Shown here one piece after another: positions 24,143 through 38,339 of a stretch of 64,000 nucleotides of DNA. Source of the DNA: Eledone cirrhosa. Lineage: Eukaryota. Positions within the stretch are counted from its first letter, which is position 1, and each line of letters begins with the position of its first letter. The notes below the pieces were generated by a model, which made no database searches, had not been told where the DNA came from, and saw nothing but the letters and a program-made list of their open reading frames with translations. Location: contig OZ024752.1 in the NCBI GenBank assembly GCA_964016885.1, positions 33,728,001 to 33,792,000 on the forward strand, written 5' to 3'. Made by a program: the position numbers and the translations under genes.

Positions 24143-24848
24143 ATCATCATCATCATCATCATCACCGTGTTACGTCCGTTCTTCCACGCTAGCATGGGTT
24201 AGACGGGTTGTCCTGTTGTGGGCACTGTCTGGTCGGCTGACCTTGTCTTGCTCATACAGGAACTGATCCTGGCTTGATTTCTACAGCTGGATGCCCTTCC
24301 TAACACCAACCTCATTTACAGTGAGTGCTGGGTGCTTTTTCGTGGCGCCTACACGTCCACTTTACAGTGTGGGCTGGGTGCTTTTTCGTGGCGCCTACAC
24401 GTCCACTTTACAGTGTGGGCTGGGTGCTTTTTCGTGGCGCCTACACGTCCACTTTACAGTGTGGGCTGGGTGCTTTTTCGTGGCGCCTACACGTCCACTT
24501 TACAGTGTGGGCTGGGTGCTTTTTCGTGGCGCCTACACGTCCACTTTACAGTGTGGGCTGGGTGCTTTTTCGTGGCGCCTACACGTCCACTTTACAGTGT
24601 GGGCTGGGTGCTTTTTCGTGGCGCCTACACGTCCACTTTACAGTGTGGGCTGGGTGCTTTTTCGTGGCGCCTACACGTCCACTTTACAGTGTGGGCCGGG
24701 TGCTTTTTCGTGGTGCCTACACGTCCACTTTACAGTGTGGGCTGGGTGCTTTTTCGTGGCGCCTACACGTCCACTTTACAGTGTGGGCTGGGTGCTTTTT
24801 TGTGGCGCCTACACGTCCACTTTACAGTGTGGGCTAGGTGCTTTTTTG
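24143..24848 (-). mobile_element. RTE-tailed SINE whose internal 46-bp unit is expanded to about 11 copies
   Basis: Same element as 34980-35360 and 40880-41222, which have only about 2 units. Confidence 0.9.
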
Positions 24849-25575
24849 CACTATATATTTTATACTATATAAAAATGCACTATATATTTTATACTATATA
24901 AAAATGCACTATATATTTTATACTATATAAAAATGCACTATATATTTTATACTATATAAAAATGCACTATATATTTTATACTATATAAAAATGCACTATA
25001 TATTTTATACTATATAAAAATGCACTATATATTTTATACTATATAAAAATGCACTATATATTTTATACTATATAAAAATGCACTATATATTTTATACTAT
25101 ATAAAAATGCACTATATATTTTATACTATATAAAAATGCACTATATATTTTATACTATATAAAAATGGACTATATATTTTATACTATATAAAAATGCACT
25201 ATATATTTTATACTATATAAAAATGCACTATATATTTTATACTATATAAAAATGCACTATATATTTTATACTATATAAAAATGCACTATATATTTTATAC
25301 TATATAAAAATGCACTATATATTTTATACTATATAAAAATGCACTATATATTTTATACTATATAAAAATGCACTATATATTTTATACTATATAAAAATGC
25401 ACTATATATTTTATACTATATAAAAATGCACTATATATTTTATACTATATAAAAATGCACTATATATTTTATACTATATAAAAATGCACTATATATTTTA
25501 TACTATATAAAAATGCACTATATATTTTATACTATATAAAAATGCACTATATATTTTATACTATATAAAAATGTA
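24848..25575. repeat. 29-bp AT-rich minisatellite, about 25 copies
   Basis: AAAATGCACTATATATTTTATACTATATA. Confidence 0.97.
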
Positions 25576-26056
25576 TATAATCTAAAGAGGAATGTGCTAT
25601 ATCAAGGGGGAGGTATTTTACAACTCACTAGGTTATGATAAGGCGGCGAATTGCCAGTGTTGTTAGAACGTCGGATAGAATGCCTTGTGGTATTTGTTCC
25701 AGCCTTCTGTCCGCTGAGTTCAAATCCCACTGAGGTAAACTTTGCCTTTCCTACATTTGGAGTCAATATAAAAAGTACCAGTCTAGTACTGGGGTCGATT
25801 CTTCCTCTATATCTCTTTCTTACTTCCTCTCTCACTCTCTCTATCCTTCTCTGGAAGAAATCTGCTGTATTCAGACCTGGAGAGGAGGGATGGGTTCCAC
25901 CAGGGTTTTTTTTTAAATGCCCTAGAAACACCATATATCACTACAGAACCCCTAAAACTCCCTCTTGAGTTACTGGACCATGCCATGCAGGTTATGAAAC
26001 TGATCAAATAGGAAAGATAAGCTTTATCGTGAATAAAGTTTCAAGTTAGAACTACA

Positions 26057-26456
26057 AGATATCAAACTAGATATCAAACTAGATATCAAACTAGATATCA
26101 AACAAGATATCAAACTAGATATCAAACTAGATATCAAACTAGATATCAAACAAGATATCAAACAAGATATCAAACTAGATATCAAACTAGATATCAAACT
26201 AGATATCAAACTAGATATCAAACTAGATATCAAACTAGATATCAAACAAGATATCAAACAAGATATCAAACAAGATATCAAACTAGATATCAAACTAGAT
26301 ATCAAACTAGATATCAAACAAGATATCAAACTAGATATCAAACTAGATATCAAACTAGATATCAAACTAGATATCAAACTAGATATCAAACTAGATATCA
26401 AACTAGATATCAAACTAGATATCAAACTAGATATCAAACTAGATATCAAACTAGAT
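26057..26456. repeat. 12-bp minisatellite GATATCAAACWA, about 33 copies
   Basis: Direct tandem array. Confidence 0.97.
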
Positions 26457-28761
26457 GGTGTAAAATATCCAAATCTGTCTCTCATATCCTCTACATCATC
26501 TCCAATGTAGTATATAGCCATTAAGAAGAAGAAGAGCAGCAGCAGCAGCAACAACAACAACAACAACTACAGCAACAACAACAACATTAACAGTAATAGC
26601 AGCAATAATGTTGATAAAAAAGAATTATTAAAGAGATAAGTTATTGTATTCATGCATATAATGTGCTGTCTGCAATTATTTCACGGATGATTTTCATGTT
26701 TGTTTGTTTGTTTGTTCTTAACCACTCATTTACTCCTCTTAATCTTTTTAGATTGTTAAACTATTGAATTTTCATTTTGGGTATTGGGTTGTTATCTATA
26801 TAAAAATCTTTACAGGTTATCATCAGAAAAATGTCAAGATGAATTCCAGGTATCTTTAACACTATTTGTTGGTATCTTAAATACCAAAAAATGTAGCTTA
26901 CTCTATCTATATCCTGCATGTGACCTTCTTACCAGTCACGTTCTTAGTTTGGTTACCTAACTAAACCACTTGCTCAGCTTTTTACATTCCTTACCGAGCT
27001 TTTAAGATTAAAAAGAAAAAAAAAGTCCATTTTTCTTCTGTATTAACAATTCCTTTTTTCGTGTCTTATAAAAGCAGCTTCCTCTTTAGCCACACATTTC
27101 TTCATCTTACAAATAGTTTACAAATATCCAATACCTAAAATATTGGAATTCATAGAACTTTATCATACATTTTCCAAAGAAGCAATCAGAATTAAACTGT
27201 GTTTTTTTTGTTTTGTTTGTTTATCAATTAGCCATTAGCAATTTGTAAAAATTTGAACTGTATAAAAACCAGTCAGAACCAGATTTTCAGTCTAAAATAA
27301 TATTGTTGTATATAAAGTTAGTTTTCGGAGAAGCTCAAGTTGTTGTATAATTTACACTATATAAACAGAAGGGAAAATAATATTGCCATGTATAATGTTA
27401 GTTTTAAACTATATAGAACTGAAAATAAAATAAGATTAAATTAAACAAAAGAGAAAATAAAATGAAATATCCTGATGATGTACTGCTTCCATAATGCAGC
27501 ACATTTTCTTGGTTGTTGTGTGTGTTCAGAAGCACTGCTCATTCTAGAATTGGTGAATCATTTAGACAGAGACAAAACAGAAAATGTAAGGAGTAGAATA
27601 CACTCTACAAACAAACACCAGACATAGTGTGTGTCTTTGATATTATTACTAAAAAATAACCACAACACTATAGAGTACATGGAAATAAATATACTGACAC
27701 AGTGTGTGTCTTTGTGGTATTATTACTGAGTGGTTAGCTTTGCCTTTTATCCTTACAGGGCTGATAAGATAAAGCACCAGTAATGTACTGGGTAATTGCT
27801 GGCCTTGTGCCAAAAGTAGAAACAATTATTACTGGGAAATAACCACAACACTATAGAGTATACTCAAATAAATGTATTGACACAGCGTGTGTCTTTGTGA
27901 TGTTATTACTAAATATTACATATATAAAATTATATATATATATATATATATAGTCAATATAAAGAATGATGTGCTCATACATGGAGTTGTTATAAAATAG
28001 CTTTTAAAATAGAGTGAAGACCCTTAAAAGACAGAAAAAGAAGTGAGAAATCAAACCATATATCTCACAGCTACAAATATATATAAAAACCCCAACAAGT
28101 TTGCACATTTCCTACTTAATTTATCCCATCTTTGGCCATATTACTGCTCCATCTCACTCAGCTTTTATTAATTCATTCTACCTTTTCCTTCACTTAAATT
28201 TGCTCCATTAATTGCTGCTAAACTGCAGAATTTACACTTAATATATTTACAGCCCTTTCATTCTTCTCTCTCACTGATAATCCCTGAAAACTTCAATTTT
28301 CAATTAGCTTCCACCTTTGATCTTGTATAAACACGATTTATCTTAAGATATTTTCTGTAATTCTTTATTTATTTAATGTGATCGAGGCAGAAGAGCAGTG
28401 CCCATGATCCTCTAGGGGATGCAGGATAATATAAGAAAGAGAAAATTCTTATAAATGAGACCTGGTCTAAATGCTTACAACAGACTAGACTTTGCTAAAG
28501 CATCCAAAAGCTATGTGGAGGGTGTTAAATCACTTCTGACAGGCATTTCATACAATATTTCAAACAACTAGCTTTATGACATCAAGATATGTCTTTTTAA
28601 TTGATATAAACATTTCAAAGATGTTTTCATCCATGAAAAATTCTCATCTATTCATTTGTTTAATACTGGTAATAAAGCACCAAGGAATGTTTGGTCTTTG
28701 TTGATGTTGGGTATTCTGCTAGGGGCTATTTATTTGCTTGGAGATTTAGCCCTGAAATGGA

Positions 28762-28871
28762 CAGAGCTGGACTTACCTATAAGCTTAGGGCCACACATCC
28801 TCAGGGGCCTCATTTTTTAAAATTTATTTTTTATTTTATCAGTAGTTTTTATTCTTTAACCCTAAATCATC

Positions 28872-28910
<39 letters not shown>

Positions 28911-29049
28911 TTTATTTTTATCATTAACATAAATATAAAAAAATTATAATCATGGATAATTATTCAAAATCTTTTTACCCAAATTCTTTTAGGTAAGGGT
29001 CTCAAATTTTATATAGTTTAGGGCCTCAGCAGGTGAAAGTCTGACCCTG
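28762..29049. mobile_element. hAT-like MITE
   Basis: CAGAGCTGGACTT...AAGTCTGACCCTG imperfect TIRs with an 8-bp imperfect TSD GAAATGGA/CAAATGGC. Related sequence at about 2400-2590. Confidence 0.55.
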
Positions 29050-29999
29050 CAAATGGCCCAGTTCAGTGAGCAGTAAACAGACACTGCAAAATATGAGCAA
29101 TTCACTGCTGCTAATACTAAATTTGATAAATGATTTGTTATCTTTCAATGCTGAGGACAACTACACCCAAGGAGACAATAAGAATGACTTCTAGAGAGCT
29201 GACTTCCTTCATGAATACCTTTAATTACAAAATAAAATTACTTGATCACCTATCAATAAATGAATGTATTAAAAATGTTAGGTTTCTAAATGTCTGGATC
29301 AGAAGAGAGATTCCTGTCCAGATGTATTCACCACCACATTGATATTTCCCTTGCCATATTTCTAATGAAAAGTACTGCCTTATTTTTCTCCTAATTTTCA
29401 CCTAATTTTCACCTAATTTTCAAAAATAACCAAGAATTGGGAAAGATCTACTAATATAACTAACTTTCTTAGCTGGTGTTAAGAACACAATTTAACAAAA
29501 GTTGTTACCTAAAATTATGGTGGAAGGTTTTATATTATATGAATGTAAACACTTTGAAACAAGAAGTTTTGTATTGTAAAACCAGGAGCAGTTTCTGACA
29601 GTTTGATGTTAAATATGGTTACATCGTCACATTTTTTTGTCATTGATTATTGGATTGCCTATGTAGTATAAAATGTGGGTTTTTTCTCCCCCCTTCAGTA
29701 TCCGAGAAGATAAAAGCTGTTAGTTCCTGGACCAACACAGTCCCTCCTACCTACAGTCTGCCTTGCAGCCAAACAGTAGCATGTGGCTCAATTCTAAGCT
29801 TTCCTCATCAACCAGTACCCTTCTCGATGACGAGTGCATACACATTGGAATGGTCCTGCAAATGTTGTGGAACGCCACACAAATTCTGTGGTGGAGCCAT
29901 GGTTGATGAATTTGGACTACTCCCACTTTGAACAATGTCATTAGAAGGAGCTTGCCAACCTGAACTACAGAGATGGTAATCCCTCACGCCACATAATAT

Positions 30000-30385
30000 A
30001 ATATAATATAATGAAATTATTGTGTAAAGTGCTCAGGTGCACTACAACTCGTCAATATAGTACATAGAATAATACACAAATGTCAGGGAAGTACATGTGT
30101 GTATGTGTTAGCTGTAGTGTTGGCGGATCTCGGGAAGCATGGAGGCCTTAAAGGATGCAGTGTCTCGACAGCTAACAACTGATGCAGGTAGTTTGTTCCA
30201 CGCTTCAGCAACTCTGAGCGTGAAAAAATGTTTCTGAAAGTCATGGGAACTGTGCTGTTTTCTTACTTTGTGGGCATGTCCACGTGTGTTAGACACATGG
30301 AAATCAAAAAGGTACTCAGGGTTGTTGTTGGCAACATGGTTAACAATTTTGTGGGTGTTTACCAAGTCAGTTGCCAGGCGTCGGA
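30000..30385 (-). mobile_element. CR1-type LINE 3' fragment
   Basis: SNTRGHAHKVRKQHSSHDFQKHFFTLRVAEAWNKLPASVV...SFK, with a (TATTA)n-type tail. Confidence 0.85.
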
Positions 30386-31476
30386 GCTTCCATGTTGTGA
30401 CATGTTCTCTGCCTTGTTTCGGCTACAAACCTGGACATCGCCCTCCTTAATGCGGAACAGAGGAGAGAAATGTAGCAAAATACCTGGACATGACTGACCA
30501 CTTCCTTTTCCTGCCAGTAGCTGTGAAGATCTCTGGTTGTCCTCAATCCCTTCACTGCTGTTTTCCTCTGCAAAATTAGGTGATATGTATATCACCCGAG
30601 GAAGATGCTCTGTGAGATAGAGTGGTTGTGGTAGCGGGTGTTACTGGTTGTTTTCTGCAGCAGTGTATTCACCATTTTGTCCATGGGATGCAACTGAGAT
30701 ATACTACCTAAACTGAAATATAAAGTTTACCCCCCTCCCTTTCTTTACATTCTCTATTATTTTTGTCCCTTTTTCGTTTTTTTTTTTAATGGTATAATTA
30801 TCGGGTCGATGGGAGATAACTGTGTCTTTTTCTCTAACTTTCTCCTCAATAAATTATCGTCTGCTATATGTAAATATGAAAATCAAATATTTTGATCTTA
30901 ATGTCATCAGCAGTTTTGTATATTTGGAAACTGATGGAACAATTATTTTTATAGCTTGATGCATTGTCTATTATTTACTGCTATTATTTATATTCTGAGT
31001 TCAAATCTCGCTGAGGTTAGCTTTGCCTTTCATCCTTACGGGGGTCGATAAAAGTACCAGTAACGCACTAGGGTCGATTTAATTGACTTTCCCCTCCTTC
31101 CAAAATTGACTATGTGACTAAATCAGAAACCATTATTATCAGGCTGTAGAGAGCGGTGGAAAACCCACTGAGGTTATCTTTGCCTTTCATCCTTACAGAG
31201 TCGATAAAATGAAGCACCAGTAACGTACTGGGGGCGATTTAATCACCTTTCCTCTCTCACAAAACTGTTGGCTTTGTGCCTAAATAAGAAACCATTCTTT
31301 CTTACTCAACTGTTAAGAGGAGTTGAAACCTGTTTCCTGACTGAAGTCAACTGAACCTTGTGATTTAGTTAGAGGCAAAATAATACTATCTCCAGTAATG
31401 TTTGACCTCTTAATAATTTTATATTTACAGCAATTGATCCTTCTAGTATGTAATGAAGAACCTCATTCTTCATTAA

Positions 31477-31855
31477 CCTGTTGACTGCTGTGTATATTTT
31501 ACAGCTACAGTTGCTCTACCAGGTTTTTTTTTCAGTAAAATGGCTATTTTTTAAAACAAACATTTATTAACAACACATATCTGAATGATTGACAAACGTC
31601 ACATTAATAAACTAGTAACTCCATCTAGCTTTGAAGTTATGAACTGTTGGACATGAGTTCATAACTTTGAAGTTATGAACTATTGGAAACAAGTCCATAA
31701 CTTTGAAGTTATGAACTATTGGAAACAAGTCCATAACTTTGAAGTTATGAACTGTTGGAAACAAGTTCAAACATGTTAGGCCGAGTTATCTCGTCCGTGG
31801 CACTGGAATGCATACATGTCAGGATGAGTTATCTCGTCTACTACACTGAAGAGGC
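31477..31855. mobile_element. piggyBac-like MITE (family P2) with internal tandem duplication
   Basis: TTAA-CCTGTTGACTGC end. Reverse-complement relative at 48686-48848 with TTAA flanks. Confidence 0.6.
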
Positions 31856-34246
31856 TAAGGGAGAAACCAAACTACTATAAAGCATGTTTTTATTCTAACA
31901 GAGAAATGGTTTGTGGTGAGGGAGTTAAGTCATATTCTTGTATCTTGAAACTCACACTTGTGTGTTGTGTTCATTTCCATTTCTAAGAGCTATGATAGTT
32001 CAAAAACATTTAAGGAATGTACAGGAATGTATAAAAGGTGATCTCTATTTAGACTTGTAGAATTGTGAGAAATATCTAAATAGAACATTTCTGAAAAATT
32101 GTTTACAGATTGTTGTAATCTTTCCATAAATATCTGTAAATATATTTTCAGAAATGAATATGAAAAATTTAGTTTTGATTTAGCTAGTATCCAATAAATA
32201 TGTCCCCTTTTTTTTTTTTAGTAGAATTTTAAATGCATGGATCATTTATTTTCTTTAGCTTTTAGTATAAAATTGTATTTGCCTTTAGATTTATTCATAT
32301 GTGGCTTAAAACTTTAATTTTCATTGAATAATATCAAAGACTATTTTAATCCTTGTTAACTTCATGATAAATAGAATTTTAGATCTATTCTTGAATATGT
32401 TTCAATTTATTTATTTTAATTTGTTTTAAAATTTTTAAATTCCTCCCTAAAAAAACTTTCCAAATATAGATGTCTTATATTTTAAAATCCTATACAACTA
32501 ACATAGAATCTTATTTTATTGCTTCACACAAAGCTGAACAACAGAAATTCTGAATACAAAAGTCAACTAAGTGGTCGGTGTATATAAATAATAATCTCAC
32601 GCTTTATATTCTAGAAATTTAGCTTCAGTTAAATAAAGACATAACATCTCTGGTACTCATTCTTTATCTTGTCTGTCAGTGCTCACAGAATTGGTCTTTT
32701 TTGTTAATTTAATCTAACATGTGAAATATACAAAACTATATTGGCATTTTGTGTTGCTTGTCAATAGCTTTTTCAAGAAAAATTCAAATATATATATATA
32801 TATATATCAGGAGTTATGGCACCATACCATACCATGTCAGACTTGTGTGATTAATGTCTGGTGTGCAGCTAGCAAAACCAGATGGGACCAGATGATGAAG
32901 AAGCAAAGACAGAAATAAAATGGTTCGGTCACCTGACAAGAATGCCAGTTGGGCTTCAGAAGCAGGTGGAGACCACACTGACAATGGTTTGATGCAAATA
33001 TGGTTCCCACCCTCTACAGGCCTCACACCCTGCTGTGTATTACCAGCTTCATCTTGTAACATCCTCCCTTCTAGAAGTGCCTCGGAAAAAAAGGTCCTTC
33101 CTATTTTTTTTACTTTCAGCATTTTCCTATTTTGTTTTTCACTTTTAAAAAATTTTTTTTTTTTACTATTTATTCCTTAATATTTTTTATTGTTTCTTTC
33201 TTTTATTCTTTTTTTTTAAATTCCAGGGTCTGTTTTTATCTTTTCTCATAGTTTTATAATTTCTTTGTCTCTTCCTCCTTGTAATATAAGCCGAAACTGC
33301 CTGGTGTTCTGGTCAGGTTTTTACCTTCCCTTATATAGGTATTGGAGGTCACAATACTAGTAATATATATGGTTTGGAATAATGGTAATTAATAGAGATG
33401 GCCTTCACAAATCCTTAGTGTGGTGCTTTTTAAATATTTTTATAAAGCTTCAGCTGTTTAAATCAGAATTGAAAACCATTCTGGTGATAATTTTTCTGCT
33501 ACTGATGCAGATATAGATATTGGAGATGATTCAGCATAAATAATGTTTTGATGTGAGAAAACCTTGAAATGACAATAGTGAAATAATTGGTGCTTCCGTA
33601 TATGGTATATTAATGTTTATATCTGCTTGTGTAAGGTGAAGTAAAATGTCTTGATCAAGGATACAACACACCAGCCAGTTCAATCTAGAAATGAGTTGCG
33701 ATGTCATTGGTGCCAAACTGTATCTGCTTCTCCTTTGGACAACATTGTATATATTCAATAGAGTGCATCATATATAGTGTATATATATATATTGTATATA
33801 TAGATATGTTGTGATGTTACTGGTACCAAACTGTATCTGCCTTTCTCAACATTGTATATATTCAATAGAGTGAATCATATATAGTATATCTTTTGTATAT
33901 AAAGATATGTTGTGATGTCAATGGTGTCAAGTTACATTGGCTTATGCCTCTCCCTTGGATTATTACATGGCTAGACATGCAGATGGTAGTAAATCCATAG
34001 ACAACTTCATGGTTTAACATACAGGTTATTAGATGACCACAAGAACAGTTGGCGGTAAATTATACACAAGTATATGGTTTAACATACAGGTGAACCTTAT
34101 GTTTTGTACACTTAACACTATTTAGAATTACTTCTAATGAAATTATTACTAAAATGACTGTACAGGAAATTGAGTTAAAATGTTTAAAAAAAACCACAAC
34201 AGAACAACCAAACTTTTACTACATTGAAATATTCTCTCTCTTTCAG

Positions 34247-34613
34247 CATTCGCCGTGTTTCAACTGCCATAGAACAAACTGTACCAAAGCGGAATGTTCA
34301 GGTAATATTTCAAGGAATGAAAAAAGGACGTCTTGGTGGTACGAAGTCGATGATCCAACCCCGTTCCAGAAGCAACAAAGAAATTGAGTCGGAATTCACG
34401 CAAGAATATTGCCGAATGCGCTCAAATACTTTGCCCAGTGTTCAAGAGAAAAAGAAAACCCCTCGAACCAAGAGCAGTGACCAAACAGCTTTACTGGAAA
34501 GCCGGCACTCAAGTCAAAGAAGCAGTTCTGACCATTCCACTACGACCAGCACTCAAGGAAGTGTGGAGAAACTTATTCATCCTTGTCACATTTCAGTAAC
34601 ACAAATGACATAG
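34247..34613 (+). CDS. C1orf43: Probable terminal coding exon of C1orf43
   Basis: Strong polypyrimidine TTTCAG acceptor. Phase 2 matches exon 17557. Open to TAG at 34613, S/T/K/R-rich, with AATAAA at 34691. Confidence 0.75.
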
Positions 34614-34690
34614 TTCTGAAAACAAACAAGGACATTGTATATATATTCATCTTTCTCACTAAAGCCATTTATGTATTATGTAAATTCTAT

Positions 34691-34696
34691 AATAAA
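34691..34696 (+). terminator. Candidate polyadenylation signal
   Basis: AATAAA about 80 bp after the stop, followed by T/GT-rich sequence. Confidence 0.45.
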
Positions 34697-34808
34697 GATA
34701 TTTCATTTCTGATTTCTCTTGGTCGTTATGATTATTGTTTAATTATATATCATACTACAATGTCCTCTACTCTGATTAATTGTTAATCATTATCGTCATC
34801 ATCATCAT

Positions 34809-34847
<39 letters not shown>

Positions 34848-34979
34848 ACATATACATATATATATATATATATATACATAACATATACATATATATATAT
34901 ATATATATACATAACATATACATATATATATATATACATTACATATATATATATATACATTACATATATATATATATAT

Positions 34980-35362
34980 ATCATCATCATCATCATCATC
35001 ATCACCGTTTTACGTCCGTTCTTCCACGCTAGCATGGGTTAGACGGGTTGTCCTGTTGTGGGCAGTGTCTGGTCGGCTGACCATGCCTTGCTCATACAGG
35101 AACTGATCTGGCTTGATTTCTACAGCTGGATGCCCTTCCTAACACCAACCTCATTTACAGTGAGTGCTGGGTGCTTTTTCGTGGCGCCTACACGTCCACT
35201 TTACAGTGTGGGCTGGGTGCTTTTTTGCCGTGGCACCTCCACGACCACCTTGCGGTGGGGGGGGGGGGGGGGGGGGCATATTGTCTATATGCTTCAGCAT
35301 GTACCCATGGGAGGTCGGGTACCCTGTATTACTGCGTGACGCCAGAAGTCACGGTCGTGTGT
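34980..35362 (-). mobile_element. RTE-tailed SINE
   Basis: (CAT)n tail on the plus strand. Near-identical to 40880-41222 in the opposite orientation. Confidence 0.85.
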
Positions 35363-35935
35363 CATTGACTTTGAGAGGTGTAGTTGGGTAAGGTCGGCTT
35401 TTATCACCTCATCCCAAGTCATCTTGGGTCTCCCCACTCCGCGGTTTCCATCAACTTCTAGTGCTCTGCACCTTTTTATGCAGCTGTCATCCTTCATACG
35501 CATCACATGTCCATACCAGCGTAACCGCCTCTCCTGCACGCAGCATTTGATTCCTCTTATGCTCAGTCTCTCTCTCAATTCATTTATGCTTTGTCGTTCA
35601 CGTATATTACTGTTACACATCCATCGGAGCATGCAGGCTTCGTTTCTCTCTAATCTACGTAAGTCTTCCACCTTCAGCGCCCAGGTCTCACTACCATGCA
35701 ACATCGCTGTTCGGATACACGCATCATACAGTCTGCCTTTCATTCTGAGGGAGAAGCCTTTTGCAGCTAGCAGTGGTAGTAGTTCCCTAAACTTCTTCCA
35801 TCCCGTTCTTACCCTAGTTATTGTACTTTCTGAGCACCCACCTCCGTTGCTAATTCGGTCACCTAGGTAGCAGAAGCTGTCTACTGTTTCTACAGGGCCC
35901 TCCCAGAGATTGGTGGTACTTGTTTCCTGTGGCTG
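35363..35935 (-). mobile_element. RTE-clade LINE ORF2 3' fragment
   Basis: VDSFCYLG...KGRLYDACIRTAMLHGSETW...RRLRWYGHVMRM. Confidence 0.9.
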
Positions 35936-36019
35936 TTATATATATATATATATATACATAACATATATAGATATATATATACATAACATATACATATATA
36001 TATATATATATACATAACG

Positions 36020-36055
<36 letters not shown>

Positions 36056-36085
36056 CATAACATATATATATATATATATATATAT

Positions 36086-37030
36086 ATGACACTCATAGCG
36101 GAATCAATGGCCGAGCTAGAGAAGAAATTCCAAACATGGAAGCACGGCCTAGAGTCAAAAGGACTTAAAATTAACCTGGCTAAGACCAAAGTACTAGTTT
36201 GTAGGAAAGAAAACAAGGCGGCGGTCCCTTCTGGGAAATGGTCGTGCTCGGTGTGTAGGAAAGGCGTAGGTAGAAACTCCATTTTATGTCCTAAATGCAA
36301 AGTATGGGTGCATAAAAGATGTAGTGGGATCACAGGTAGGCTAACTAAGAACATAGATTTTACATGTGGCCGGTGCTCTGGTGCAATAAGTAGCAGCAAG
36401 TGCCCACAAACTACTAGCTCTTTCAATTGCGCAGAGGGTTCTATAGAAATAGTGGACAGCTTCCGTTACCTGGGCGATAAAATCAGCAGTGGGGGAGGGT
36501 GCTCTGAAAGTACTGTAGCTAGAGTCAGAACTGGTTGGAAAAAGTTCAGAGAGCTTATACCACTATTAGCTGCTAAAGGGTTCTCACTAAAAATGAAAGG
36601 CAGGTTGTACGATGCCTGCATACGAACAGCAATGCTGCATGGCAGTGAGACCTGGGCATTGTGTGCAGAGGATATACGCAGACTAGAGAGGAACGAAGCT
36701 TGCATGCTCCGCTGGATGTGTAACAGTAATATACGTGAACGGCAAAGCATAAACGAACTAAGGAATAAATTAGAGATAAGAGGGATCAGATGTTGTTTAC
36801 TCGAGAGAAGGCTACGTTGGTATGGACACGTGATGCGCATGAAAGTCGATAGCTGTATAACAAAGTGCAGGGCAATAAAGATAGACGGTAGTCACGGAAT
36901 AGGCAGACCTAGAAAAACCTGGGACGAGCTGATAAACTCCGACATCACACACTTACACCTCTCCAAGACAATGTCACTGGACCGAGACCTTTGGCGGTAC
37001 TCAGTAACAGAGAAGACCCGCCTTACCTAA
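36086..37030 (+). mobile_element. RTE-clade LINE ORF2 3' fragment with Cys-rich PHD-like insert
   Basis: GLKINLAKTK (end of RT), CSVC...CPKC...HKRC...CGRC, FRYLG, RRLRWYGH. Open 314-aa frame, 5'-truncated at (TA)n. Confidence 0.9.
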
Positions 37031-37419
37031 ATATATAGTAAAACCTACTCCAGCCAGTAGGCATCTCTAACAAATACACCCCGTCCCACCACCCCCACCC
37101 GATCCACACCACCCCGTTCTATGTAAAGTTATGTTGGTGCCGCGCCATCGAGGCCGAAACAAATGAGATCGTGTAGGTGTCACGACAAAAAAACACACAG
37201 TCCACGCTGTAACGTGGCCGTGTAGGCAACACGGTAAAAACCTCCCAGACCCACACTGTAAATGTGGTTGGTGTTAGGAAGGGCATCCAACTGTAGAAAA
37301 CCTGCCAGACAGTCCTATGCGAGCAAGACAATCACTCTTGCCTCAAGTGGGACTACCCCCGTCCAAACCCATGCAAGCGTGGAACACGGACGTTAAACGC
37401 TGATGATGATGATGATGAT

Positions 37420-37434
37420 ATATATATACATAAC

Positions 37435-37469
<35 letters not shown>

Positions 37470-37513
37470 CATAACATACACATATATATATATATATATA
37501 TATACATACATAC

Positions 37514-37569
<56 letters not shown>

Positions 37570-37574
37570 CATAC

Positions 37575-37620
<46 letters not shown>

Positions 37621-37625
37621 CATAC

Positions 37626-37667
<42 letters not shown>

Positions 37668-37697
37668 CATACATTATATATATATATATATACATAC

Positions 37698-37740
<43 letters not shown>

Positions 37741-37773
37741 TATATATATATATATATATATATACATACATAC

Positions 37774-37809
<36 letters not shown>

Positions 37810-37839
37810 CATACATTATATATATATATATATACATAC

Positions 37840-37879
<40 letters not shown>

Positions 37880-37909
37880 CATTTTATATATATATATATA
37901 TATACATAC

Positions 37910-37945
<36 letters not shown>

Positions 37946-38010
37946 CATACATAACATATATATATATATACATATATATACATACATAAGATATATATAC
38001 ATATATATAT
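37420..38010. repeat. Compound (TA)n/(TACA)n microsatellite
   Basis: Direct inspection. Confidence 0.95.
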
Positions 38011-38339
38011 ATGGTGGCTGCCCCCTCGTTATCGAGTATGGCCATTGCACGATGTAACATTATTAATAATTATCAATTACTGCCACCGTGCAATGCATGT
38101 GTGTGAGGAAAGACTGTGCACTGAGCGACAGTAGCTATAACCCCCAAAAAGAAAAGATCAACATCATTTGTAACTAATGAGCCACAGGTTTTATGTCGGA
38201 GTTATCCCAGTTTCCTGAGTTGCCTTCTCCTAGAAGAATGCCCTGACAAAGGCTAGGGGTCCTTCACTCCCACACACACATATATATATATGTATATGTA
38301 TATATATATGTATATGTATGTATATAAACATATATATCA

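Noticed and set aside
24291-24901. 170-193 aa ORFs in three frames
   Set aside because: Products of the 46-bp SINE-derived array.
26024-26566. 180-aa (SSLI)n ORF
   Set aside because: 12-bp repeat plus trinucleotide microsatellite.
32814-33180. Overlapping 86-102 aa ORFs in the C1orf43 intron
   Set aside because: No recognisable domain or convincing splice sites.
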